Assembly (NCBI GenBank): GCA_036502245.1 | Contig: DASXYX010000068.1 | Coordinates: forward strand, 4,190-68,189 | Direction: 5' to 3' | DNA: 64,000 nt | From: Verrucomicrobiia bacterium | GTDB lineage: Bacteria > Verrucomicrobiota > Verrucomicrobiia > Limisphaerales > UBA11358 | Shown here: positions 9,536 through 25,705 of the stretch, in pieces | How the letters are laid out: the number at the start of each line of letters is the position of its first letter | Position numbering within the stretch: position 1 is the stretch's first letter | Program-made: the position numbers and the translations under genes | Notes under the pieces: generated by a model | Database searches by the model: none | Told to the model about the DNA's origin: nothing | What the model saw: only the letters and a program-made list of their open reading frames with translations

Positions 9536-10614
9536 TGAGTGGCAGGGGTTTTCATGATAAGCCATATGATGCTGGAACCCTGGCCAAGCTCCGGATTTTT
9601 GAGTTGTATGCTCAAGAATGGATTCCAGTTTTCCTTTCTTCGCCCAAGCCGGTATTCGATGAGGTCCATATTTTTGATTTTTTCTGCGGACCGGGTACTG
9701 ATTCTAATGGGGAATTCGGGTCGCCATTGCGGATTCTATCCCAGTTGCGCAATTATCGTGGGAGAGGATTAGCTGGGTGGGACAATATTCCAATCACTGT
9801 ACATCTGTTTGACACTGATGATAAGAAAATCGCGTTACTCCAGTCGTATGTCCTCTCGGAAAAACTGGAAATACCCGGTGTAAAAATTGACCTCCGGCGT
9901 TTAGCCTTTAAAGACGCATTGGATGAACATAGGGAACAATTGTCTAATTCCAGAGTTGCCAAATTACTCATTGTCGATCAATACGGAGTCGACGAAGTTT
10001 CTGACGAGGTTTATGGTAATTTAATTGGCTACCCCACGACCGATTTCATTTTCTTTCTTTCTTCTTCAACCCTCCATCGCTTTCGCGAGCATCCTGCCAT
10101 TAAGCAAAAGATTGATACACTTGAAGATTCTTATGACGTTCATCGCGCAGCCGTGGACTACTACCGAAAACGTATCCCCACCAATAACCAGTTGTTTCTG
10201 GGTTCGTTTTCAATAAAGAAGCGCAGCAACATTTATGGATTAATTTTCGGAAGTCACCATCCGCTTGGTATTCATAAATTCCTGCAAGTTGCATGGGCTA
10301 CAGACGAAATCGCAGGTGAGGCGAATTTTGACATTGAACGAGAAAATATCCAACCAGGTGAGGGAATTTTGCCGCTCGAAATGATGCGCCCGAACAAAAT
10401 TCGAGAATTTGAATCAAATCTGGAAATGGCATTGAAATCGGGTCGAATGAAATCAGAATCAGATATTGCCCGGTTTTGTATAGAAGCAGGGATGACTTGT
10501 AAGCATAGTGTCGCTGTACTAAAAAGAGCCAAGGAAGCAGGCATAATAGACCTCGATTTTCGCGTGCCTGATATTGGAAGGTTCAAATCACCACGTCCGA
10601 TTCGTCTAATCTGA
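9535..10614 (+). CDS. tcmP: TcmP-like 'three-Cys-motif partner' protein
   Basis: One-base overlap (TAATG) with the DUF5131 gene. N-terminal K..AGTLAKLRIFELYAQEWIPVF and FDFFCGPGTD (methyltransferase motif-I-like). Family recalled as TIGR04474, which is defined by adjacency to PF07505. The gene is visibly AT-rich. Confidence 0.7.
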   Translation: MSGRGFHDKPYDAGTLAKLRIFELYAQEWIPVFLSSPKPVFDEVHIFDFFCGPGTDSNGEFGSPLRILSQLRNYRGRGLAGWDNIPITVHLFDTDDKKIALLQSYVLSEKLEIPGVKIDLRRLAFKDALDEHREQLSNSRVAKLLIVDQYGVDEVSDEVYGNLIGYPTTDFIFFLSSSTLHRFREHPAIKQKIDTLEDSYDVHRAAVDYYRKRIPTNNQLFLGSFSIKKRSNIYGLIFGSHHPLGIHKFLQVAWATDEIAGEANFDIERENIQPGEGILPLEMMRPNKIREFESNLEMALKSGRMKSESDIARFCIEAGMTCKHSVAVLKRAKEAGIIDLDFRVPDIGRFKSPRPIRLI

Positions 10615-10725
10615 TAGTCGATTATCGCCAGAACCTCTTCATTCCCTTAATTCTGTCAAAAAATCCTCTCTTAATGCTCCCTTAAGCTGGGCTGGCGTAA
10701 AGTGGCGGCGAGAAAGGACAACTAT

Positions 10726-13014
10726 ATGAAAAAGCTCACACTATTCGCTGTTGGCGCTCTCCTCCTGGGGACCGCCATCTTCACTCGCGCTGCCGATGTC
10801 ACGGTCTATGATTCCGTCGTCAATCTGGCGACCAACGTCACCAAAAATTACCTGTTCACCGACCCATCCTCCGACCAAAGCGTGACGATTGCCGTAAGCA
10901 TGACTCCTTACTCGGCAAGCAACGCCAGCCCGGCCTTTTCGCTGTTGGACACCGATAACAACAACAATTATACCCACATGGGAGTCGATAGCGGCCTGGG
11001 GGGCGGCGACGGCAATTGGGTGGACGACTTTGAAGGCGTTAATTTTTCCGCTTCGCTGGTATCTGCCTCCAGCGGAGTGACCGTCAGCTCGATCCAATTC
11101 GGCATCATCGCCATGGGCATCCGGCCAGAGGGCGGCGCAAACCTTGATTGGGCCTCTTCTGTTTGCACAAACAACTTTGATATAGACGAAGACGAAGTGA
11201 CGGTCCTGGATACGAACCTGGGACCTTTGACCGCCACTTATTCCGGGCAGTTACGGACACCGACGACCGCTCGGTACCAGATCAGCGACGAAGATTCTTT
11301 CAACGGCCAGAGCATCGGATTCACAGCCGTTTTTACTGCCACAGGAACCACCACCGACGCGCGCACGAATTGCTGGCTCACGACCTATTCCGGCAAATAC
11401 GCCCGCATCTGGACGAACAACGCCATGGAGACTGCCGGCAACACTCTGACCAACTGGAGCCTCGGCACAAACATCCAGTCATCGCCGGCCTACTGCGGCG
11501 TGCAGGAAGTTTATTCTTCCACCAATTGGATCTACGTCCGCAGCACCGGCTTGGCCAGTTACACCATGGGACCGTGGATGAACGGCAATTTCCCAAACTT
11601 GCCGGTGAACCAAAAAGTCCTTTACCGTTTCCCGCGCACCAACAGCGTGCCCACGACCAAGACCGCCAATAGCGGCGGCCAGATTGGCGTTTTCGTGGAT
11701 GGTGTGGCCTTTTACAACAGTTGGGACGCCTACACCTGGGACATTGCCTCCAATGCGGATGAACAAAACGTCAGCGGTTACTGGCATCGCGATGCGTATG
11801 TGAATGAAGGAGTCTCGTTCGATCCCGGATATGCGCATCAGCAAAGTGGTGGCCAATATCACTATCATGCCGACCCGATCGCTCTGCGCTACCTGCTCGG
11901 CGACCACGTAGATTATAATTCCACCACCAAAAAATACAGCGAGGACACCAACACACCCACCGAACACTCGCCCATCCTCGGTTGGGCGGCGGACGGCTAT
12001 CCGATCTACGGTCCCTACGGTTATTCCACCGCTACCAACGCCAACAGCGGCATCCGTCGCATGACCTCGGGCTACACGTTGCACCATTACACAGGTGGTC
12101 GCACTGCGATTCCCGAATGGTCCAGCCGCCTCTTCAACGTCACGTCCAACCAGGCCGGCCCGCCCTTTACCGGCATCCATACCAACAGTTGTTACATGGA
12201 GGACAACGATTATCTGGGCGACCTCATCAATTCCGGCACGGGCACCAATTATCAGCAGGGCACGGACTTTGACCTCGACCAGTACAACGGGCGCTTTTGT
12301 GTCACACCGGAATTTCCCGGCGGCATCTACGCCTATTTCGTCGCCATCAACACGAACGGAGTGCCCGTCTTCCCATACAACATCGGTTTTGGATATTACG
12401 GCAACCCGGCCGGTAGCACGGTCGTGGCCATCACCGAGCCAGTGGTCACAAATTTCCTCGGCAATACGAACCTGTCCAGTTCGCTCGGCGTTCCACTTGT
12501 GAAATCCGGCTCGGTCACTCTGACCTGGAGTTCTATCGAAGGCGGCAGCTATGAAGTGCTTTCCTCTACCAATCTCAACAATGCGTGGACGATAGCTTCC
12601 ACCGGCAATAAATCCGCTCCCAACCAGATCACCACCAGCTACACCAACACGACAACACTGCCGCCCAATAATTTTTACCAGGTAGCCCGCACCAGCGTGG
12701 CTGCTTTTGACACGGCGGGGATGACGGTCCTTGCCACCAATATCGTTGTGTCCTCCGGTTCTCCCGGCGCTGCTAAGGCCGGCCAGTATGTGGTCCTGAC
12801 CATTGACCTGCCCAGTTCGCCGCCTAATCCGCCGACGGGCGCGCCTATCACCAGCGTGACTGTTGGCAGTGCCATCGCCACCAGTGTATCGTATCCCTCC
12901 CAGGGTGTGGTCCAGGCGTTGTTCCAGGCTTCTGGAAGCGGATCGCAAACTATCACAGTCACTTTCAATCCCGCGCCTACTTATACGTTGAACGGCTACT
13001 TCTCGGTTAATTGA
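10726..13014 (+). CDS. Secreted YHYH-motif domain protein with C-terminal Ig/FN3-like repeats
   Basis: Signal peptide MKKLTLFAVGALLLGTAIFTRA. GGQYHYHADP and GWAADGYPIYGPYGY motifs (YHYH domain, PF14240 as recalled). Start taken at the ATG giving the signal peptide. Confidence 0.75.
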   Translation: MKKLTLFAVGALLLGTAIFTRAADVTVYDSVVNLATNVTKNYLFTDPSSDQSVTIAVSMTPYSASNASPAFSLLDTDNNNNYTHMGVDSGLGGGDGNWVDDFEGVNFSASLVSASSGVTVSSIQFGIIAMGIRPEGGANLDWASSVCTNNFDIDEDEVTVLDTNLGPLTATYSGQLRTPTTARYQISDEDSFNGQSIGFTAVFTATGTTTDARTNCWLTTYSGKYARIWTNNAMETAGNTLTNWSLGTNIQSSPAYCGVQEVYSSTNWIYVRSTGLASYTMGPWMNGNFPNLPVNQKVLYRFPRTNSVPTTKTANSGGQIGVFVDGVAFYNSWDAYTWDIASNADEQNVSGYWHRDAYVNEGVSFDPGYAHQQSGGQYHYHADPIALRYLLGDHVDYNSTTKKYSEDTNTPTEHSPILGWAADGYPIYGPYGYSTATNANSGIRRMTSGYTLHHYTGGRTAIPEWSSRLFNVTSNQAGPPFTGIHTNSCYMEDNDYLGDLINSGTGTNYQQGTDFDLDQYNGRFCVTPEFPGGIYAYFVAINTNGVPVFPYNIGFGYYGNPAGSTVVAITEPVVTNFLGNTNLSSSLGVPLVKSGSVTLTWSSIEGGSYEVLSSTNLNNAWTIASTGNKSAPNQITTSYTNTTTLPPNNFYQVARTSVAAFDTAGMTVLATNIVVSSGSPGAAKAGQYVVLTIDLPSSPPNPPTGAPITSVTVGSAIATSVSYPSQGVVQALFQASGSGSQTITVTFNPAPTYTLNGYFSVN

Positions 13015-13021
13015 AAAAGCT

Positions 13022-14788
13022 ATGAGGCTGGCCTGCATCTTTCTTGCCGTGGCGTGCGCAGCGAGCGCCTGCTGTGCCGCCACGCTCGAGCTTCAGATCA
13101 CGCCCAAAATGCTCGGCCAGGACCTGCAACCCGCCTCGCTCCGCTACCAGACTTCCGCCGGCGAAACTTTTTCCGTCACGCGCGTGAGCTACTTCATCAG
13201 CGACATCGAATTGCAACGCGATAACGGCTCGTGGTTGTCCTTCTCCAATTCCGTCGAATGGCTCGACTTCAACGCAAACCGCGATTCCATCCGCCTCGAA
13301 CAAATTCCGCCCGGCGAATTTCGCACGGTTCGCTTCCTGGTCGGACTAAATCCCGGCATGAACCACGGCAATATTTCCAAAATTGCGCCTGATAGCCCGC
13401 TTAATCCCGACATGAATAATCTTTATTGGGGCTGGCAGAGCAATTACATCTTCATGGCGCTTGAAGGCCTGTGGCGTAATTCCAGCGGTGAACTCGATGG
13501 CTGGGCTTATCATCTGGCGCGCGATACGAACTCCGTCCGCATCACTCTCGCCGCGGCCATGGACATCACCAACGAAACCAAAGTCCAACTGGACTTCGAC
13601 CTCGCCAGCCTCCTCAACGCTCCGCGCCCGCTCTCCTTCGTCAAAGACGGCACCTCCACTCATTCGCGCGATGGCGACCCCATTGCTTCCGCGCTGGTTG
13701 GAAATCTGCCCAGCGCCTTCCATGTCAGCAAAATCACCGCTCTTACCGATGCCCAGATCACTGCCGCGCATCCCAAGCCGTTGTATCTGCCCGAAAAATT
13801 CACACCGTACCAATTCCAGATGAGCGCCATGTTCCCCATCCCGGACCTGCCGCATGATAATCCGCTCACCGTCGAGCGCGTCACGCTCGGCAAACAATTA
13901 TTCTTCGACAAACGATTATCCATCAACGATATGCAGTCCTGTGCCGATTGCCATCTGCCGGACAAAGCCTTTCAGGATGGCCGCCGCACCGCGCGCGGCG
14001 CGGAAGGCGCTCTCGGTCCGCGCAAAACCATGCCCCTCTTCAATCTCGCATGGAAACAGCAATTCTTTTGGGATGGCCGCGCCAGCAGCCTGCGCGAGCA
14101 GGTTCTTATCCCCATCCAAAACCCGATCGAAATGCACCAGACCCTAACCAACCTCGTTGCCAAACTCGCCCATGTCAGCGGCGATTATCCGGCCTTGTTC
14201 GATAAGGCATTTGGTTCCAAAGACATAACCGCCGAAAAAATCTCCCTCGCCCTCGAAAATTACCTCCTGACTCTCACCTCTTTCGACTCCAAATTCGACC
14301 GCGTCCTCAGTGGCCGGGAACAATTCACCCCCCAGGAAGCGAAGGGTTTTGAACTATTCTCCACTGAGTACGATCCGCGCCGCGGCCAATTCGGCGCCGA
14401 TTGTTTTCATTGTCACGGCGGTCCGCTCTTCCAGAGCCAGGGTTACGCCAACAATGGACTCGACGATATTTTTACCGACCCGGGCCGTGGAAAAATTAGC
14501 GGCAGAGATTCCGACCTCGGCAAATTCGCCGTGCCGTCACTTCGCAACGTCGCGCTTCGTGCTCCTTACATGCACGACGGGCGCTTCAAGACTCTCGATG
14601 AAGTTGTCGAACACTATTGCACTGGTGTCAAACGCAGCATGACCCTCGACCCGAACATCGCCAAGCATCCGGATGGCGGCGTGCCGTTGAACGCTGCTGA
14701 CAAACAAGCCCTCGTCGCGTTTTTGAAGACCCTTACGGATGAAAAATTTCTGTCTCCGCCGGCGTCAGGAGATTACGCCAAAAATTAA
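13022..14788 (+). CDS. Fusion of MbnP-like domain and di-haem cytochrome c peroxidase (MbnH/MauG-like)
   Basis: N-terminal half: SYFISDIELQRDNG, RFLVGLNPGMNHGN, SPLNP..MNNLYWGWQSNYIFMALEG (MbnP-like pattern). C-terminal half: two haem c sites, CADCH and CFHCH, plus the conserved PSLRNVALRAPYMHDGRF. Confidence 0.8.
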   Translation: MRLACIFLAVACAASACCAATLELQITPKMLGQDLQPASLRYQTSAGETFSVTRVSYFISDIELQRDNGSWLSFSNSVEWLDFNANRDSIRLEQIPPGEFRTVRFLVGLNPGMNHGNISKIAPDSPLNPDMNNLYWGWQSNYIFMALEGLWRNSSGELDGWAYHLARDTNSVRITLAAAMDITNETKVQLDFDLASLLNAPRPLSFVKDGTSTHSRDGDPIASALVGNLPSAFHVSKITALTDAQITAAHPKPLYLPEKFTPYQFQMSAMFPIPDLPHDNPLTVERVTLGKQLFFDKRLSINDMQSCADCHLPDKAFQDGRRTARGAEGALGPRKTMPLFNLAWKQQFFWDGRASSLREQVLIPIQNPIEMHQTLTNLVAKLAHVSGDYPALFDKAFGSKDITAEKISLALENYLLTLTSFDSKFDRVLSGREQFTPQEAKGFELFSTEYDPRRGQFGADCFHCHGGPLFQSQGYANNGLDDIFTDPGRGKISGRDSDLGKFAVPSLRNVALRAPYMHDGRFKTLDEVVEHYCTGVKRSMTLDPNIAKHPDGGVPLNAADKQALVAFLKTLTDEKFLSPPASGDYAKN

Positions 14789-14816
14789 TCAATTTCGAAG
14801 ACCCGTTCGCACTCTA

Positions 14817-14890
14817 TTCCTTCTCCCCTCAACGGGGAGAAGGTTAGGATGAGGGGTGAGACTCCAGACAGGGCTTACTTCCCGTCATGC
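14817..14890. repeat. Hairpin repeat family A ('ctcccctcaacggggagaagg...gaggggtgagac'), intergenic copy
   Basis: Nearly identical to copies at 25636-25705 and 44903-44975, and related to 34148-34215, 39949-39990 and 40066-40115. Confidence 0.8.
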
Positions 14891-15002
14891 CTGTCCCGCT
14901 CCCACGATGATTGAGTGTTGAATGTTCTCAGCGGTTCAGGGTAAGGGATGAGGCTGCTTCAAAGACATCCTTTCGTCTGTGACGTGCTGCATGTTTTTTT
15001 TC

Positions 15003-17999
15003 TTACGACGACTGCGCCGCCTGTAGCGCCGTTTCCAATGACTGGATCCGGATCGGTTTGGTCAGGTGCGCAATGAAACCGGCATTTTGGCTGCGCGCCA
15101 GGTCCTGTTCCATGCCGTAGCCGGTGAGCGCGATGCCCCTCACAGAACTATTCTTTCCCATTTCGGCCATCAAGTCATATCCGCTGCCATCGGGCAATCC
15201 TATGTCCGAGATCAGCAGGTTAAAAGATTGTTTTCCGGCCAGCGTGCGCGCTTCCGCCAGAGACGCGGCGGTCACCACTTCATAGGAGCGGCGCGCCAGC
15301 AATTGGGCGAGCACGGTGCGCGTCGGTTCGTGATCTTCCACCAGCAGGATGCGCAGGCCTTTGGCATGATTGATATGCGAGGTGTCAGTCTGTCGATTTG
15401 GCATATTTCCATTTCCATTGATTTCGGCCGGGGAGGCCAATGGCAGTTCGATTATGAAGGACGCTCCCTTATCGCGCCCCTCGCTGTGTGCGTTGATTTT
15501 CCCTGAATGAAGCTCTACAAGTTTTTGTGAAATCGCCAGGCCCAGCCCCAATCCGCCAAAGCGATGCGATGAGCCGTTGGCGTGGTCGCCCTGGGAAAAT
15601 GCGTTGAAAATCCGTCCCAACTCTTCCTGGTTCATGCCAATGCCCGTATCGGTGATGCGGATGAGAACCATTTTGTCCTCCCGCAATTCGGTTTCCACCG
15701 TGATCTGGCCGCGAGGCGGCGTGAATTTGACGGCGTTCTTCAGGAGGTTCCAAAACACCTGTTGCAGCCGCATGCCATCGGCATGAACGGCGTGTTTCGT
15801 CTCCCCGAATTTCACATTGAGCGTGATGTCCCGCTGGTTGATCTCCTCCTGCACGTTGGCGATGGCATCGGTGAGCACCGCGCGGACATCGAGCAGGCGC
15901 TTTTCCAACAGGATTTTCCCGCGGGTCACGCGCGTCAGGTCCAGCAGATCGTCGATGAGCCGGGCCTCCAGCTCGACGTTTTTGCGCACCAACTCAAAAT
16001 CGGTGCGGACTGCCGGTGGTAATTTGGGATTGTTCGCGGCTTCGCTGGCAATGAGCAGGATCGGATTGAGCGGGGTGCGCAATTCATGGCTCAGCGTGGC
16101 CAGGAAATCATCTTTGGCCCGCGAAGCGGCCAGCGATTCGCCGTGCGCTTTCTTTAATTCCTGCAACGCGCGTTGACGCTCGATCGCCGAGGCGATCTGC
16201 GAGGCAATGGTTTGCGCCGGATGCAATTCTTCGGGCTTAAAATCGTGCGGCGCGTCGAAATAGACCATGAATTTGCCGAGCAACCGGTCTTTGCAGATGA
16301 TCGGGATGAAGGCGAGCGCCCCGATGCCTTCCTTTTTGACGACGGCCAGCAACTGCCCGTCGAGGCCCGCGTTTTCAATGTCCTGGATAAAGATCGACTG
16401 GGCCGCTTCGCCGGATTTCCAGGGGGAATGGCCTTCTACCGCCCGCCGATACTCGTCAGACAACCCGCGCCAGGCCGTGAACCGCATGATGCCGCCCGCA
16501 TCCGTCAACAGCACCGCCGCGCGGTCCGCGCTTTGGCACTGGAAAATCGATTCAATGGCCGCGTCGCAAACTTCTGTGACCGATGACGCATGGTTGACCG
16601 CCGCCACGAGGTCGTAGAGCGCCCGCTGTTGCGCTTCGGCCAATTTGCGGCGTGTGATGTCACGGGCGATTTTTGAGGCGCCGATGATTTTCCCTTCGCT
16701 GTTTTTGATGGGTGAAATCGTCAGCGAAATCTCAAGGCATTTTCCGTCTTTTTTGCGTCGGATGGTTTCGAAATGATGCACTGGTTCGCCCCGGCGGATG
16801 CTTTGGATGATATGCTCCTCTTCTTCAAGGCGGTCCTCCGGGATCAGCATGGTGATGGGTTTGCCAACGGCCTCTTCGGCGGTGTACCCGAACAGGCGCG
16901 CCGCGCCTTCATTCCAACTGGTGATGACGCTGTTGAGATCTTTGCTGATGATGGCGTCTTCAGACGAGGCGACAATAGCCGCCAGCCGCCGCGCCGCCTC
17001 CTCCGATCGTTTGCTTTCGGTGATGTCCATCAGCATGTTGATGGCCCCGACAATTCTGCCGCTGGAATCGAGCAACGGTTCGGGATAAGGCAAAACATTG
17101 CGGCGGGTGCCGTCGGGCCGCTCCACGATGATTTCCTGGCCGCGGATGGGACGCCCGGTTTTAAGTGTGACGGCCATCGGACATTCCTCCAACGGCAGCG
17201 CGCTCCCATCGAGATTGAACATTTTGTGCGAGCTGCACCACAGGTCTTTGCCCAGTTCGGCCTTGCGGCCCCAAAGGACCTCGGCCGCTTCATTGAAAAG
17301 GTTGACGTGCCCGTTTGCATCGGTCACGTACACGGCGGCGGGAAGGTTGCGGACCACCTGGTGATAGCGCTCTTCGGCAAATTTCAATTCCTCCACCCGT
17401 TGCTGGACGCGCGCTTCCAATTCATTATTGGAGAGCCGCAGGGCTTCCTCGGCTCTTTTGCGTTGCGCCACTTCAAATTCCAACAACGCGTTGGATGCCG
17501 AGAGCGCCCGCGCCGTGCGAAAGAGATCCACGAACACACCCACCTTGGACCGGAGGATTTGCGGGCTGACCGGTTTGGTCAGGTAATCCACCGCGCCCAC
17601 CCCGTAACCGTGCAAAACGTCCCGCTCTTCCAGGAAGTAAGCGGTCAGAAAAATGATCGGAATATGCTGGTTGCGTTTGCGGGCCTTGATCAGCTTCGCC
17701 AGTTCGAGGCCGCTCATCGTGGGCATCTGGATATCCAGCACGATGCAGGCAAACTCATTGTTCATCAGCGCCAGCAGCGCGTCCTCGGCGCTCTGCGCGC
17801 GGATGAGCTTCAGGTCCGGCAGCGTCAGGATGACCTCCAATGCGTCCAGGTTCCGCTTTTCGTCATCGACCAGCAAAATATTGACAGTCTCACCGGCGGA
17901 TGTTGTTCCGACATCCGTTTTTTCTGTTTCTTGCGTCCGTACGGGCATCACAAAAACTCCTTTCTGGCTTACGCTGCTATTTGACTCTAATTCGACCAT
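15003..17999 (-). CDS. Hybrid sensor histidine kinase (REC - PAS x3 - GAF - HisKA - HATPase - REC)
   Basis: N-terminal receiver (ILLVDDEKRNL...VLDIQMPTMSG), PAS-like repeats and a GAF-like region. H-box [17 protein letters not shown] boxes (ITDTGIGM, GGLGLGLAIS) and a C-terminal receiver (ILLVEDHEPTR...ISDIGLPDGSG). Confidence 0.9.
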   Translation of the reverse strand: MVELESNSSVSQKGVFVMPVRTQETEKTDVGTTSAGETVNILLVDDEKRNLDALEVILTLPDLKLIRAQSAEDALLALMNNEFACIVLDIQMPTMSGLELAKLIKARKRNQHIPIIFLTAYFLEERDVLHGYGVGAVDYLTKPVSPQILRSKVGVFVDLFRTARALSASNALLEFEVAQRKRAEEALRLSNNELEARVQQRVEELKFAEERYHQVVRNLPAAVYVTDANGHVNLFNEAAEVLWGRKAELGKDLWCSSHKMFNLDGSALPLEECPMAVTLKTGRPIRGQEIIVERPDGTRRNVLPYPEPLLDSSGRIVGAINMLMDITESKRSEEAARRLAAIVASSEDAIISKDLNSVITSWNEGAARLFGYTAEEAVGKPITMLIPEDRLEEEEHIIQSIRRGEPVHHFETIRRKKDGKCLEISLTISPIKNSEGKIIGASKIARDITRRKLAEAQQRALYDLVAAVNHASSVTEVCDAAIESIFQCQSADRAAVLLTDAGGIMRFTAWRGLSDEYRRAVEGHSPWKSGEAAQSIFIQDIENAGLDGQLLAVVKKEGIGALAFIPIICKDRLLGKFMVYFDAPHDFKPEELHPAQTIASQIASAIERQRALQELKKAHGESLAASRAKDDFLATLSHELRTPLNPILLIASEAANNPKLPPAVRTDFELVRKNVELEARLIDDLLDLTRVTRGKILLEKRLLDVRAVLTDAIANVQEEINQRDITLNVKFGETKHAVHADGMRLQQVFWNLLKNAVKFTPPRGQITVETELREDKMVLIRITDTGIGMNQEELGRIFNAFSQGDHANGSSHRFGGLGLGLAISQKLVELHSGKINAHSEGRDKGASFIIELPLASPAEINGNGNMPNRQTDTSHINHAKGLRILLVEDHEPTRTVLAQLLARRSYEVVTAASLAEARTLAGKQSFNLLISDIGLPDGSGYDLMAEMGKNSSVRGIALTGYGMEQDLARSQNAGFIAHLTKPIRIQSLETALQAAQSS

Positions 18000-18050
18000 A
18001 ACCTTCCTATAACCGGTGGATTATTTCAAGGGGGATTTATTTCAACTGTT

Positions 18051-24590
<6,540 letters not shown>

Positions 24591-24995
24591 ATGCTTAACA
24601 GTTTAACTGCCTCGATTCTGATTAGCTCCTAACACAAATCAGGGCAAAGTTCGCCTATAATCCCCTTGCAAAAACTGTGCCAGAAACGGCGCCAAGACGA
24701 TGTCTGCTGTTTTGCCAGTAAAACCGTATCAAAACCGCCCGTGCCGAAGCGTTTAGGCCACTAAACCCGGTGCATCCTGCAATCGTTGGCCTGTTCTCGA
24801 ATTGCAATTTGCAGCGAAAAGACCATCCGTTTCATTGAAGCGCTGACATGTAGGCCCGGTGCCCTCACCGGGCGATTACAAGATGTAGTATGACGTGAAG
24901 CATTACGCAGCCAATCATTCTCATCCTCTTGCTCATCCTCATCCGTCACATCTTTTGTCCCTGATGTCCCTTCATTTACCTTCCGTTTTTTCATC

Positions 24996-25319
24996 CTCCG
25001 CGCCTTTGCCTCTTTGCGTCTTTGCGTTAAAATTTCAGGCTTCCTCTCCCGATTTTGTTTCCGGGCAACATTACACTTTCCCTTTTTTCATGCTTAAATC
25101 GCCTCATGAGAAGTGCCAATCCAGCTCAGGCGCGCCGCTTCCAACCAGGAAACGCACGACGGTCTCCCTCTCCTCCATCGCCGATGGAGGAGAGGGCCGG
25201 GGAGAGGAGGCGTGAATCATTTCCCGCCGGTTTCCCGCGATGCGCATCGATTCACGGGTACAAAATGCGAGACGTCAATGGACGCCTTCTGACGCGAATT
25301 GACGTTTATGCTCTCAACC
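24996..25319. repeat. Composite non-coding module, copy 1
   Basis: gattttgtttccgggcaacattac...atgcttaaatc...atgaga (25051-25112) and ctgacgcgaattgacgtttatg...tcaac (25289-25319) recur in the same order at 53737-53795 and 54030-54075. Confidence 0.7.
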
Positions 25320-25635
25320 ATCCTTCAATCCGACTGGATCCGACCCAGTCCAGCCCAATCCAAGTCAATCCGACCCAATCAAACCTCTCGAAGAGCGGAG
25401 CTTCCGCGACCCCCTGAATCTATTAAAACCCAAAAATGAGAAAACGAAGCCAAATTATTTCAGGCCGTTCCTGATTGCAAATCCCTCATCAATAATCACT
25501 AGCAAAATGTTCACTCTCAAAATGCCCTCGCAAAAACGAAGCCAAATTGAATCCAAAATGGCATTTACACATTGAACCCCTGAACCTGGTGGAATTGGTA
25601 AAGTTTTCAAATATGAAGGCGTGCACGCACCTTGT

Positions 25636-25705
25636 CCCTTCTCCCCTTAATGGGGAGAAGGTTAGGATGAGGGGTGAGACAACAGACAGGCTTACTTCCC
25701 GCCAT
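25636..25705. repeat. Hairpin repeat family A, intergenic copy
   Basis: cccttctccccttaatggggagaaggttaggatgaggggtgagacaacagacaggcttacttccc is near-identical to the copy at 14817-14890. Confidence 0.8.

Noticed and set aside
11479-13083. 534-aa minus-strand ORF
   Set aside because: It is antisense to the YHYH gene, which has a signal peptide and family motifs. The antisense translation is R/G/A-rich with no motifs, typical of GC-rich antisense frames.
14860-14890. 'acagacagggcttac' resembling a conserved RNase P RNA segment; general search for tRNA, tmRNA, SRP or RNase P RNA
   Set aside because: The motif is part of repeat family A (also at 25680). No GGTTCGAATCC-type T-arm in an intergenic context was seen, and no other hallmark of these RNAs was found anywhere in the window.
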